A DNA stretch of 64,000 nt. Origin: an uncultured Verrucomicrobiae bacterium. Its GTDB lineage: Bacteria; Verrucomicrobiota; Verrucomicrobiia; Chthoniobacterales; UBA10450. Location: the NCBI GenBank assembly GCA_963772365.1, contig CAVYXA010000003.1, positions 704,001-768,000 of the forward strand, read 5' to 3'. The notes under the pieces were generated by a model. The model did not search any database. It was not told where the DNA came from and saw nothing but the letters and a program-made list of their open reading frames with translations. Position numbers and translations under genes: made by a program. Of this stretch, positions 51,901 to 62,891 are shown in pieces (within the stretch, counting starts at the first letter, position 1; every line of letters starts with the position of its first letter).

Positions 51901-53267
51901 CTGTCAAATTCGTGGCGAGTGAGATTTCGATATGGCCAGGCAGATCGGATGAGCTCGAAAAGTTCGGTTTCATCCCGGTCCTGCGTAGAAGCAGCGGCCA
52001 CGATCTGCTGGGCCAGAACGTCGAGCGGCTTTTCCGGGATGAGTAAACGATCGAGCTCGCCGCGGCGAACCGCGCGTAGCAAAGCTGCGCATTCGACTAG
52101 CTCATCGCGGCTTAACGGAAAAATCCGACCCTTCGGCAGACCGCCGCGTTTGTGCTCAGCGCGACCAACACGCTGGAGCAACGTCGCGATCGATCGCGTC
52201 GTTCCCAGCTGACAAACAAGATCGACAGCGCCGATGTCGATTCCCAGTTCGAGCGAAGCCGTGGCCACCAGCGCTTTTAGATTCGCCGCGCTTTAGCCGG
52301 TCTTCTGCATCGAGACGCAGCTTCGCCGAAAGACTTCCGTGATGGGACGTGACCGCGTCTGTGCCGAGCAATTCGCTTAGATGCTGTGTTACGCGTTCGG
52401 CCATCCGTCGCGTGTTCACGAACACCAGCGTTGTTCTGATGCGCTTCGATCAATTCCGCGAGCCGGTGATAAACCTCCTCCCAAATTTCATTCGACATCA
52501 CTGCTTCCAGCGGTGATTTCGGGATCTCGATCGGCCAAATCCAGTTCGCGCCGGTGACCGATGTCGATGATCGCGCAATCAGGATTGCCAGTTTGCATCG
52601 ACATTGCGCGTCCCGACCAGAAATCGCGCCACTTCCTCGATTGGTTTTTGAGTCGCGGAAAGGCCGATGCGTTGAAGAGGGTGCGTCGGTTAGCGCGGCA
52701 AGCGCTCGATGCTCAAAGCGAGATGCGCGCCGCGGCGATCATCGACGACCGCGTGGATTTCATCGACGAATCAATGTCCGAACCGTGCTCAGCATTTGCC
52801 GGCCGGAATCGGAAGTGAGCAGGAGATACAAAGATTCGGGCGTGGTGACGAGAATGTGCGGCGGCATTTTTAATCAGAGCCTGGCGTTGTGCCGCCGTCG
52901 TGTCGCCGGTTCGAACTTCCGCGCGCACTTCGATGTCGCGTCCATCGATTTGCATGCAGCAGTCCACGAATTCCAGCAAGCGGTTCCTGAAGATTCTTGC
53001 GAATGTCGTTGCTCAGGGCCTTGAGCGGCGAGACGTAGACGATTTGCGTTTCGTCCGGCAATTCGCCTGCGTAGCGCCTTCCTGAAACAAAAGATCGAGC
53101 GAAGCCAGAAACGCCGCCAGCGTTTTGCCCGAACCGGTCGGCGCGGAAATCAGCACGTGGCGGCCGGATTGAATGTCTGGCCAACCGCGCATTTGCGGTT
53201 CGGTGGGCGATCCGAACGTTTGCTCGAACCAACTCGCGACCGCGGGATGAAATTGAAAGCGATGCAT
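48918..53267 (-). CDS. lhr: Lhr-family DEAD/DEAH helicase (several frameshifts 52270-53080)
   Basis: [46 protein letters not shown] and QRVGR are spread over successive frames; long Lhr C-terminus. Confidence 0.9.
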
Positions 53268-53308
53268 GAGAAAAATGCGACAACTAATTTACCCGCGGCT
53301 CCGCGCTT

Positions 53309-53416
53309 TGTCATGCCGAGCAGAGCGAGGAAATTCGCTATTGAAGACGGGTTCCAGAAGGAACTGTAGGTGATCAATCGCCTTTGAGAGGTCCCTCTAC
53401 ATTCGTTCGGGATGAC
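53309..53416. repeat. REP-like element, family B copy 3 (diverged)
   Basis: TGTCATGCCGAGCAGAGCGAGG...ATTCGTTCGGGATGAC. Confidence 0.65.
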
Positions 53417-54128
53417 CTGAAAGTCGCAACGCCATCACTTCGCGCAGCATTTTAGGCTGTCGCGCAAAAAATGGATCTTGCTGCCTTCGGCGTGATTCCA
53501 GCGAACGGGAATCTCGAGCAGACGCAGTCCAGCCTGATGGGCGAGATAAAGCAGCTCCACATCGAAAGCGAAACCCTGGAGTGCGTGCGGCTTCCAAAAT
53601 CGGACGGCAAACATCAAGCCGAAATGCTTTGAAACCGCATTGCGTGTCCCAGAACGGAAGCCCGGTTGCGATGCGCACAAAAATTGAACACGCGGCCACC
53701 TTGCTCGCGCTCCACGGTTGATGAACTCCGATTAACCTGCGATCCAGCGCTCGCGAACCAAAGGCGATGTCGATGGTACCGGTGGCGATTGGTTCGATCA
53801 GTTTCGGAATTTCTTCCAGTGGAGTGGAGAGATCGGCATCAAAAAACAGGCCGATCGGTTTTTGGGCAGCGATTAATCCCTTCCGCACCGCCGCGCCTTT
53901 TCCGCGATTGGGAAAATTTTCGAGTAATCGCGTCGCAATCTGCGCATTGGCCAAATTTTCGCGGGCGATTGCCGATGTTTCATCAGTCGAGCCATCGTTG
54001 ACGACAATGAGCTCAGCCTCCGGCGCATTGCCGGCCAAGTAATCGACCGTCAACCGGAGGGTCTCGCCAATTCGTGCTGCTTCGTTATAACAGGGGATGA
54101 CAGCTGAAAAGGGAGCGAGCGTTGTCAT
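53397..54128 (-). CDS. GT2 glycosyltransferase (polyprenyl-phosphate glycosyltransferase-like; frameshifted)
   Basis: VIPCYNEA, VNDGSTD, NRGKGAAV, FFDADLS, DTQCGFK, GFAFDVELL. Confidence 0.88.
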   Translation of the reverse strand: MTTLAPFSAVIPCYNEAARIGETLRLTVDYLAGNAPEAELIVVNDGSTDETSAIARENLANAQIATRLLENFPNRGKGAAVRKGLIAAQKPIGLFFDADLSTPLEEIPKLIEPIATGTIDIAFGSRALDRRLIGVHQPWSASKVAACSIFVRIATGLPFWDTQCGFKAFRLDVCRPILEAARTPGFRFRCGAALSRPSGWTASARDSRSLESRRRQQDPFFARQPKMLREVMALRLSGHPERM

Positions 54129-54206
54129 TCCGAGCGAGGTCGATGACTCCCGTGAAGTTACCGACGGGGCATGCAACGGGATGTCTCGACTGCCGCGCGA
54201 CATGAC
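54123..54206. repeat. REP-like element, family B copy 4 (diverged)
   Basis: TGTCATTCCGAGCGAGGTCGA...TCTCGACTGCCGCGCGACATGAC. Confidence 0.7.
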
Positions 54207-54215
54207 GGCTTGTCT

Positions 54216-55167
54216 TCACTTGTAGATTTCCACTACAAACTTACCATCTGGCGCGACATAACCGCGATACATGCCGGATGTGTTGAAGGGCAGCGACACG
54301 TTTCCTTCCCGATCAATCGCAATCAATCCACCGGTGCCACCGAGTTTGGCCACTCTCTCCAGAGCCGTCCGGGCAGCTTCTTCTAATTTCATTCCCCGGT
54401 ATTCCATCAATGTCGAGACATTGTCGGCCACCACTGCCCGGATAAAATATTCACCATCGCCGGTGGCGGAGACGGCGCACGTTTCATTGTTCGCGTAGGT
54501 GCCGGCACCGACCACTGGGGAATCGCCAATGCGACCCGCCAGCTTGTTAGTCGTGCCCCCGGTGGAAGTTGCCGCAGCCAGGTTCCCATTTTTGTCCAAG
54601 CGCAACTGCGCCGACTGTTCCATGTCGATCTTCATCGGTAATGATAAATTTTTTCCCGCCGGTGCCTCCTTCTTCAGCAGCTCTGATCTTTTCCAGCGCC
54701 TTCCAACGTTCGTCTGTGTAAAAGTATTTTTGATTCGGCAAAAGAGAGATGCCGTTTTGCCTGGCGAAAGCTTCCGCGCCATCGCCGGCCATGAATACAT
54801 GCCTGGATTTTTGCATCACCAGCCGGGCGAGAGAGATCGGGTGTTTGACGTGGCGTAAATTTGTAACCGCGCCCGCGTTAAGCGTTTTCCCGTCCATGAT
54901 CGCAGCATCCAATTCGTTCGTTCCCGCGTGGGTAAACACGGCGCCTCGTCCGGCGTTAAAATGTGGATCGTCCTCGAATGTGCGGACCGCGGCCTCGACC
55001 GCATCCAGGCTGGTGCCGCCTTCCTTGAGAATTTCATATCCGGCGGAAAGCGCGCGCTCGACACCCGCGCGATAATCGCGCTCGCGCTCCGGGGTCATTT
55101 TGCTGCGCTCGATCGTCCCAGCCCCGCCATGCACGGCCAGCCCAAAATTCTGTTGATTTTGTTTCAT
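54216..55167 (-). CDS. iaaA: Isoaspartyl peptidase/L-asparaginase (frameshift near 54600; possible signal peptide upstream to about 55253)
   Basis: AVHGGAG, FNAGRG, HGTVGAVAL then AATSTGG, GRIGDSP, SATGDGE in the next frame. Confidence 0.92.
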
Positions 55168-55371
55168 AGTTGTTTCGGACTTCTCGCCGCTTGCTACGGA
55201 TGCGACATCAAGACCAACTCCGCCGCGGCCAGAAATACCAATCCAGCCTTCACGAGCCGAAGCTTAAACTGCCCGAAGCGGATGTCGAAAGTTAAACCTC
55301 GCGGATTTGCAACAAGGTTAGGGCAACTTTCTTCTTTTCCGCACAGCGAACTGGGGCAACTTCCCGTTAAC

Positions 55372-56230
55372 ATGGCGAGTTTTACTGAAGGCAAGGCGGG
55401 ATCGAGCGAGACGCTCTCGGTAAATCCGCTGTTGTACGCGCGTGACGCGTTTCAGTTTACTCGAAACTTCTTCGTCGAAATGGGAAGTCTTTTCTGGTTT
55501 ATCGTTCACACGGTAAGGGAAACAGCCGAGCGCTTGCGGGATGGACGAGTGCCATTTCGGGCGTCGAGTTTTTTTCGTTACACCGAGCGAGCCGGCGTCG
55601 ATTCGGTGCCGTTGGTCTCATTGGTCTCATTTTTTCTCGGGCTGACCATGGCGCTTATTGACGGGCTATCAGCTTCAACGTTTCGGAACGGAAAGACTTG
55701 TTCCCGGGCTAGTCTCAATCGGCTTCACGCGCGAGCTGGGGCCTCTCATTACCGGGATTATGCTGGCTGCCCGGATCGGCGCAGCTTTCACTGCCGAGCT
55801 GGGAACGATGCAGGTTTCGGAAGAAGTCGAGGCGATAGAAGCGATGGGAATCGGGCCGCTGCGGTTTTTGGTCGCGCCACGCATGCTGGCGCTTTTCTTC
55901 CTGATGCCGTGTCTCTCTACGATGTCGAGTATCGCCGCCATCTTTGCCAGCAGTCTCGTGTGTCGGGCTTATTTCAATATTGCTTTCGTCTATTTTGTCG
56001 ATCTTGTGCGGGATTCGCTGCTCATCCGTGACATCATCACCGGCGTGTTGAAGAGCTTTATCTTTGGATTCCTGATCGCCGGCATCGCTTGCTACCGTGG
56101 TTTGAGTGTGCGGGGAGGCGCCGCCGGCGTCGGGACCGCCACGACGTCGAGCGTGGTCACAGCCATCACCACCGTGATCGGTTTTGATACTCTCTACAAC
56201 ATCGTTTACATCGTTTTCTTTCCCTTGTGA
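55372..56230 (+). CDS. mlaE: MlaE family ABC permease (frameshift near 55658)
   Basis: GVDSVPLV, RELGPLIT, AELGTMQVSEEVEA, GVGTATTSSVV. Confidence 0.9.
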
Positions 56231-57009
56231 GCGCTTCCAATTCCCATGTCGTCGAGCTGCGAGAAATCAAAATTCAGTTCGAAGAAAAGCAGGTGCTCGA
56301 CGGGATGTCGCTCAGTGTGAATCCGTGCGATCGGCTGGTAGTTATGGGTCAGAGCGGTAGCGGTAAGAGCACAATCCTGCGCCTGATTCTCGGTATCCTG
56401 CAACCCGATGAGGGCGCGGTCTTTTTTAAACAATTTGAGATCACGCGACTGCGCCGCCGCAAGCTGCAGCAGGTCCGGCGTCAGATTGGAATGGTCTATC
56501 AGTATTCAGCTTTGCTCAGCTCCCGCAACGTGCGCGATAACGTGGCCCTGCCTTTGGAAGAGCTTACCGAGAAATCGCGCACGGAAATCGATGCGATTGT
56601 CGATGAAAAACTGGATCTGGTGGGAATGCTGGAAGCGAAAGATCGGCTGCCATCGGAATTGAGTGGAGGCATGCGCAAGCGGGTAAGCCTGGCCCGCGCC
56701 CTCGTCATGGGGCCGGAGCTGATCTTATTCGATGAACCTTCTGCCGGCCTCGACCCTGTGATCAGCTCCGTCATCGACGAATTGATCATCGACTTAACCG
56801 AAAAGTCGAAAGTCACTTCCATCATCGTGACCCATGATATGGGGAGCGCCTTTCGCATCGGCACACGAATGGCTATGCTCTACCGAGGCAAAATCATTGA
56901 GGATGCTGAGCCGGAGAAATTCAAACAATCGCAAAATCCCGTTGTCGCTCAGTTTTTGAGTGGCAGCACCGAAGGGCCCTATTTTGGAACAGAGCGAAGA
57001 TGCAATTAA
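56227..57009 (+). CDS. mlaF: MlaF-like ABC ATP-binding protein
   Basis: GQSGSGKS, LSGGMRKR, FDEPSAGLDP, VTHD. Confidence 0.92.
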   Translation: MSASNSHVVELREIKIQFEEKQVLDGMSLSVNPCDRLVVMGQSGSGKSTILRLILGILQPDEGAVFFKQFEITRLRRRKLQQVRRQIGMVYQYSALLSSRNVRDNVALPLEELTEKSRTEIDAIVDEKLDLVGMLEAKDRLPSELSGGMRKRVSLARALVMGPELILFDEPSAGLDPVISSVIDELIIDLTEKSKVTSIIVTHDMGSAFRIGTRMAMLYRGKIIEDAEPEKFKQSQNPVVAQFLSGSTEGPYFGTERRCN

Positions 57010-58049
57010 GACAAGATGAAATAAAGACTGGTTTGCTCGTGGTCGGTACGGTGGCGGTGGTCGCATTCGTGTTCATTCTGCTCGGCGCGCCTGGCCTTTT
57101 TCGGCCGTTGGTGACCTATCGGATTTACGTCGATAATGCCGCTGGGATTAAACTCGGCGCGCCGGTGATGCTGGCCGGACGAAAGATCGGTCAGGTGGCG
57201 AAGTTATATTCGCCCGTCTCGCGCGAAGAGGAGCAGCGAGCTGAAGGAAGTGGCCAACACCTATCATCAATTGCCGGCAGTACGGCGACTCCATCTACCT
57301 CCGGTAACCGGACCGAAATACGAAGCCCGAATAGACGTCCAAGTGGACAGGAGAGCCATTGTCTATCGCGATGCTCATGCCCGGCTCGATGCAATTGGGT
57401 TTGCTCGGTGAAATGGCGATCGATATTACTCCGGGTACTGAGGCCGGGCCGGGCGCGGGATGGCGAAATTTTCGCCGGTGAGCGGGTGCCTGATTTTTCC
57501 GAAGCGGCTGCCAGAATGCTCGAGGTGATCAAGCCCGTTGCCGCGGAAGCCACTTCGACAATGAAGGAGCTCGCGACGACTCGCAAAATCTCAGCCGACT
57601 GACCGAACAGACTCGGAGCTCAATCTGGCGTTGGCGCGGTTTAAGAGCATTCGGCGAAAATCTTGTCGATCTTACCGCGCCAAACAGTCCGCTCTCGATT
57701 TCACTCAAAAACATCCAGAAAATCAGCGAACAGCTACTCGGCCAATAACAATCTCGCCGTCACACTGCAAAATTTCCGACGATTCATCGGAGAAATTGAA
57801 GGTCACCATGCGAGAGTTGAGCCGTCTGGCGAAAACATCAAGGAGTTTAGCGAGACGGTGAAGACACAACCGTGGCGGCTGATTTGGCCCAGCACAAAGA
57901 AATATCCTGAAAGCCGAAGGCGGCAGCCGCTCAGGAGACGATCACCGTGCGCAAGAGCACAAAAGTCGCGCCCAAACGGACCACCAATTCAGCTTCCAGG
58001 CGTTAGGCCGAAATGCCTCTGGCTCGCGTGGCGGGAGAATTATACTTGA
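57000..58049 (+). CDS. mlaD: MlaD/MCE family protein (multiple frameshifts)
   Basis: N-terminal TM helix, NAAGIKLGAPVMLAGRKIGQV, C-terminal QPWRLIW. Confidence 0.8.
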
Positions 58050-58704
58050 GGCTCCGTGATTTGAGTCCTTCGGGCAGCTCAAACAGGGAAGGATCGAAAG
58101 GAAGACCGTTCTCGTATTCCAGATAGTGAAGCGAAAACTCGAGCTTGCCATCCAGGGTCGACATCAATTCGAAGTGGTTTGCCGGTGTCCCTGTCCTCAT
58201 ACAGTGTTACCTCCGCTGAGCCGTATCTTCATTGAAAATGCATTTGCGTTTTGCCCTCGAAGTTCCGCGCGCCAAGGGCGTCGGAGTTTTGTTGCCGGAA
58301 AAAAATGATTTCATTTCCGAATTCGAGATCTCCGAAACCTTGTAAGGGTCGGGCTCCCAGGCTTTGTGGCGGAAGCCGTGATGTGGTGATGAACGTCAAA
58401 AACGGGGCCTTTGTCGAGGATGTGAATCGCGGTGCGATCTGCGAGATTGATCTGCCACGCGTCGGGCTCCTTCGTGATCCGCAAGCACGTGCATGCCATG
58501 TTTTGGATCCGGGCGGCCCTTCCACCCTGTTCATACTTTTGCCCGCTCGGTAGATTGTCGCCGGCTGTGTCAGCGGCGAATCCGCCGCAATCAGTCGGGC
58601 CGGAGCAGCCGATAGACGATTTTAGTCATCTCCAGACGTTGTCGGCCAAAGCCAGGATCCGAGAAATGAGATGCCGTAGCGATGAGCAGGCAGGGATAGA
58701 ACAT
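58003..58704 (-). CDS. Hypothetical exported protein broken by frameshifts
   Basis: Protein-like segments in successive frames (ITKEPDAWQINL, LEFGNEIIFF, LPFDPSLFELP). Confidence 0.5.
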
Positions 58705-58801
58705 GGTGTCGCGCGGGCGAAGAGGCCGAAACCTGGCAAAACAGCGAAGCATTGGAGCCGCGATCATTTCCATTTGTGCACGTTTTTGTTGCGGAGAGAG
58801 G

Positions 58802-59805
58802 TCAGGGGTTTGAACTTTCCTTCAATTCGGCAAAAATCAATCGCCCCCCGCCGTTTGCAGCGCGCTGGACACGATCACGGTTTCGGATTTTGCCCAGCCG
58901 AGTCCGGGCATGATTAACCACAATCATCGTTCCATCGGACAATATCCCACCGCCTGATGCGCTTCGCGACCTTCCTTAACCAGGCTGAGCTCCAACTCAT
59001 CTCCCACCACCACCACCGGACGAAGCGTCCGGGCCAAATCATTCAGGTTAAGGACGGAAACTTGCTGGAGCCGTGCCACCTGACGCAGCGCGGCATCATT
59101 GGTGAGCACTCGCGCCTGTAACACTTTGGCCGTCTGGACCAGGCGAGCATCGACAGCAGTTTCGCCATCGTTCGCGCTCTCATGAATCGTTAGCTCGATC
59201 TCGTGCGAGTTTTGCAGTTGGTTCAAGATCTCCAGGCCGCGGCGGCCACGCTCGCGTTTAATGTGATCACGTGAATCGGCCAGGATTTGAAGCTCTTCGA
59301 GACAAACCGCGGCACGATGAGCGCCGGCTCAGGAATCCGGTCGCGCAAAGCTCAGCGATGCGGCCATCAATGATCACATTGGTGTCGAGCAAAGCGGTTC
59401 GTGCTGGGTCGTTTCGCGGGCGAATCGCACATAGGGAATGATCAGAGAAAATTCGTCGCGATTGCTGCGCATCGCCAGCATCATCCCAAATAGCCAAACG
59501 CGGTGTAAACGATGAGTCTCGACCAGCCATTGAACGGTATCGCTTTGATAATGCAAAATATCTGAAGCGATCAAGAGGTTGGCGAAAAGCAACCCGAGCA
59601 ACAAGCCGAACGTTGCCGAGGAAAACGCGCGAAGGGAAAAGCCTTGGAGCAAACGATCGATCAAGACAATGATCAGACCGAAAACGATCCCGATACAATC
59701 CCCGGCCAGGGTTGTCCTGAATTTCCGTCGTAATATCGCGCCGATCGCCCCGCAGAACGTCACGAAGAGGATTCGTAATAGATTGACAGTGAGTAATGGC
59801 GTCAT
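58802..59805 (-). CDS. PIN/TRAM domain membrane protein (YacL-like; frameshifted)
   Basis: TM helices, LLDTNVIIDGRI, RGRRGLEIL, LTND, VLNLNDL, GREAHQAVGY, GRLIFAEL. Confidence 0.88.
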
Positions 59806-59809
59806 TTCG

Positions 59810-60720
59810 TTAGCGGCCCTCGCTCCGGCGCTTCGGTTTGCTTTGTTCGGCGGCTTTTTTGTCGACTTCGAGCCGCTGTCGTGATAAAACAGCACCCCAT
59901 GCACACGCAAATTATGGATCAGCGCCCGCAAATCATCGGCTAACTCTCGATTTCTCGAAAGTGTGGCCAATGCGCCTTTGCCTTCAGTGGCCTCATGGAA
60001 AACATCCGTGGCAGCTTGAGCACTCTTGCGGGCGTCGGCCATGACGAGCTGCATTTCATCGGCCGCTTTATGCGCCGAGCTCATGGTAGAATCAGCTTTC
60101 TCAATCACGCCATCGAGCTTCTTGGAAGATTTCGCCAGCGCTGTGGTTGTCTCGTTCAGATGTTCGATACTCTACTTGAGATCTTGCAGGGTCGCTTGAG
60201 AAAACACCTGTTGATTCAAGCGTGTGACTGCCGAGTTGACGTTCTTTACCGCTGTTCTCATGTCGCTGGCCAGAGCGCTTCCTTCCTTGGTCAGATCCGT
60301 GATACCAGCCTGTCGCGTGCCTTCGACGAAAGCATTTTTCTGGATGAACTTTTTTGGCTCACCCGGAGGCATCGTGACATTCACGAAACGGTCGCCCAGC
60401 AAGCCCGAACTGCCGACTTCAAATTTGCTGCCCATCGGGATCTTCACGTAATCATAAATCTGCAACGGCACATCTACGCCGTGACCTTCGCGGACCAGAT
60501 GCGGCCTGCCCGCCACGTGCCCGATCCTCGCGCCGGCCAGCAAGACATCCGATCCTTTCAACAATCCGCTCGCATCCCGGAACCCGACCGTGATCAGATA
60601 ATAGCGCTTAAACCCTTCGCCGAGCCGGCCGAATTGCAGCACCAAAGCCGCCAACATCGCCAGTCCAATAAAAACGAAGATGCCAACCTTGATTTCCAAA
60701 CCGCGCTCGTGCCGATTCAT
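59810..60720 (-). CDS. Second MlaD/MCE family protein (frameshifted)
   Basis: LEIKVGIFV, ASGLLKGSDVLLAGARIG, SGLLGDRFV, helical tail ending HGVLFY. Confidence 0.85.
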
Positions 60721-60938
60721 CCTTTCCAACTCTGAGCCTCAAATCCTTTTCCGGTCAAATCTCTGAGCACGAATGCGGCAGGCGGGTGGAACGCGATCGC
60801 AGCCTGCTCGCCGCGGCGAGCCGATCCACCTTTGCTCGGGTGGACCGTGATCTCAGAGCCCGTTGTCAATGAACGCGCCGGAGGCGCCAAGAATCTAAGT
60901 CCGATGTGTCGGCGAGGATTCGTCAAAGATTCACATTC

Positions 60939-61916
60939 ATGAACAGGAACATGATCCTCACTCTGGTGCTGTGTAGCGGAGTTGTCAGCGATGCCGCTTT
61001 ACAGGCACAGGAAGCCACGCCCGCGCCAGCCACAACTTCACGCGTGATCGTCACTGAAACGAACCCGGACAGCGGGCCCGACGCTTTGTCCGGAACGGAA
61101 GCGGAGCCGGTCGGTCCCGCGCAACAGCCCGAGTGGACAACGCGGCGCGTTTTTGCCGATACCGATATTTACGTCATCCCGCCGGGCACATTCGAAGTGA
61201 ATCAGTTTCTCGATTCATTTCATCCGAGAAACGGCACGCATCAAACCTTGTTAGAGACCGAGTTCGAGAATGGGTTGCCATGGCGAACGCAGTTTGATGT
61301 CGAGCTGGATTACAGCCACCTCGGCGGAAGGACGCGATACGACACCACTTTGCTGGAGCTGCCGCATGCGCTTGCCGACTGGGGAAAAATTCCATTGAAC
61401 CCGACTGTCAACGGCGGATGGAGATTTGTTCACGACGAGCCCGACGCCTTTTTCTTTCGGTTACTGCTGGCGGATGAATTTTGGCGACGCATTCATTTCG
61501 GCGCGGATTTGACCTTCGATCGACAGATCGGCGGCGAGCAGGAAACCTCCTGGGAATTCAATCAAGCCGTAAGCTGGATCGTTTTAGAGAAAACGCTGAG
61601 CATGGGTTTTGAGATGCGCGCAGAATACGAGAAGGATCGAGTCGATGCCGACGAAGAAGAAACGGGAGCCGCTTCCCGAAGAAAGAGGAAATATGAATAT
61701 TCGACCTCAGTCGTGATCGGGCCGTCAGTTTTGTTCAAGCCGACACAACGCACGCATCTGGCCATTGTCCCGATGGCCGGCCTGACCCATGACAGCCCGA
61801 GTCTGGATGCGTTTCTCGTTTTCGGAATCGACTTCGGCGCGCGCGAAGAAGGCGAATCCACACCAGAAAATCCCAGCGATGAATTCCCGGCGCTTGCGCC
61901 AAGCGGCCGCCGTTGA
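60939..61916 (+). CDS. Hypothetical exported protein, possible outer-membrane beta-barrel
   Basis: Signal peptide; alternating beta-strand pattern ending FLVFGIDF. Confidence 0.65.
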   Translation: MNRNMILTLVLCSGVVSDAALQAQEATPAPATTSRVIVTETNPDSGPDALSGTEAEPVGPAQQPEWTTRRVFADTDIYVIPPGTFEVNQFLDSFHPRNGTHQTLLETEFENGLPWRTQFDVELDYSHLGGRTRYDTTLLELPHALADWGKIPLNPTVNGGWRFVHDEPDAFFFRLLLADEFWRRIHFGADLTFDRQIGGEQETSWEFNQAVSWIVLEKTLSMGFEMRAEYEKDRVDADEEETGAASRRKRKYEYSTSVVIGPSVLFKPTQRTHLAIVPMAGLTHDSPSLDAFLVFGIDFGAREEGESTPENPSDEFPALAPSGRR

Positions 61917-61993
61917 GTTCGACGCCCGGTCAACTCCCGGGCATACATCCGATGCCGCGAGCGCCGACGAGCCGGAGAAAACCGCTTACCGTT

Positions 61994-62196
61994 CTAATGT
62001 GTCACCCACCGGGCACGCAATTGCCGCAGCAGGGCTGTCTTGCTCGCGACAGGAAGCTTTTTCACCCACTTGCCGTTAATGCGGATGCGAAAACTTTTGC
62101 TATTGGCAAAAGAAGATCGACAAGATCCAGCTTCAGTCGCTCTCCCGTTTGATGATTCTTTAGCGCAAGCGAATAATGCGCTTTGGGCCGCGGCAT
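61994..62196 (-). CDS. Small basic hypothetical protein divergent from the cassette array (one frameshift near 62112)
   Basis: SD-like AAGGGAG. Restoring one base gives MPRPKAHYSLALKNHQTGERLKLDLVDL-x-FANSKSFRIRINGKWVKKLPVASKTALLRQLRARWVTH* (67 aa). Confidence 0.6.
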
Positions 62197-62209
62197 GCTC
62201 CCTTTTACC

Positions 62210-62238
62210 GTGACAACTCGCCGCGGGCCAACTATAAA
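62210..62238 (+). promoter_or_regulatory. Candidate cassette promoter (Pc-like) GTGACA-N17-TATAAA
   Basis: 5/6 match at both boxes, 17-nt spacing, about 60 nt upstream of the attI-like site and pointing into the array. Confidence 0.6.
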
Positions 62239-62288
62239 TAAAAGTCTCCCGTGCACAGAAAAATATCCCACCTCATACAAAAATCGAG

Positions 62289-62306
62289 GTCTAATTATAG
62301 TTAGGC
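62289..62306 (+). other. attI-like recombination site GTCTAAT-TATA-GTTAGGC
   Basis: Core GTTRRRY preceded by a near inverse core, in AT-rich context, with no attC hairpin upstream. GTTAGGC is the reverse complement of GCCTAAC at the end of cassette 1. Confidence 0.7.
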
Positions 62307-62308
62307 CC

Positions 62309-62755
62309 ATGGCAACGAAACGCGCGGCTTGGATTATCGTGTGGGATTGGGTGTCGGAGACCCGCAAGCCCAAACGGCAACTACTCCACATTCTTCAGCC
62401 GCGCTGGAAGATCTCGCGCGTGTTGGAGCACATGAAGTTTCTATATCTCAATTCCGAGCTTTTCACCGTCTCTGGTCGGTTGCCATTCCTTACGCAGAAA
62501 GCTTGGCGGGGGCTCGTGTTCCTGCAAGGCCCGCGGATTATCATCGGCGATGATCCGCTTCTGAACGGATCGTGGGTTCATGATCTTCGCGTTGATCAAG
62601 TGGGTCCGGGTGAGCAGATCGTGCGCTGGACACAACCCGCTGGTCTTCGGTTTCGCCCTGGGACGAATGATAAGGAATACGTCGGCGAGCCCAGGGAACG
62701 CGGGTTTTGCCTTGCGGTCCGAGAAAAAGTCGAGGAACTGCGCGGAAGGGCCTAA
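62309..62755 (+). CDS. Cassette 1 hypothetical protein (148 aa)
   Basis: ATG 2 nt after GTTAGGC; stop TAA lies inside the attC inverse core GCCTAAC. Confidence 0.8.
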   Translation: MATKRAAWIIVWDWVSETRKPKRQLLHILQPRWKISRVLEHMKFLYLNSELFTVSGRLPFLTQKAWRGLVFLQGPRIIIGDDPLLNGSWVHDLRVDQVGPGEQIVRWTQPAGLRFRPGTNDKEYVGEPRERGFCLAVREKVEELRGRA

Positions 62756-62872
62756 CCACGCGATGGAGCTGACTGCGAGCCGGCGTACGACCTTGCTTTC
62801 CATGACCTCAACCCTTTCAGCCGCCGCAGAGAGCGCCCTCGCTCGCAGCAGCTCATCTTGTTCTCGTTAGAC
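62750..62872 (+). repeat. attC site 1 (123 bp)
   Basis: R'' GCCTAAC, L'' GAT[G]GAGCTG[A]CTGCGAGC pairing with GCTCGCAGCAGCTCATC, R' GTTAGAC. Confidence 0.92.
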
Positions 62873-62891
62873 GCTTCCTCGCGCCCCTTCA

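Noticed and set aside
58002..58008. Isolated GTTAGGC core site
   Set aside because: No inverse core or attC hairpin nearby; a 7-mer is expected by chance.
59374..60108. Apparent MlaD-PIN/TRAM fusion ORF
   Set aside because: Produced by an indel near an A run; a shifted frame gives the MlaD stop at 59810 and a separate ATG at 59805.
61917..62196. Integron integrase remnant
   Set aside because: No tyrosine recombinase motifs were found in the translations, and the space is too small.
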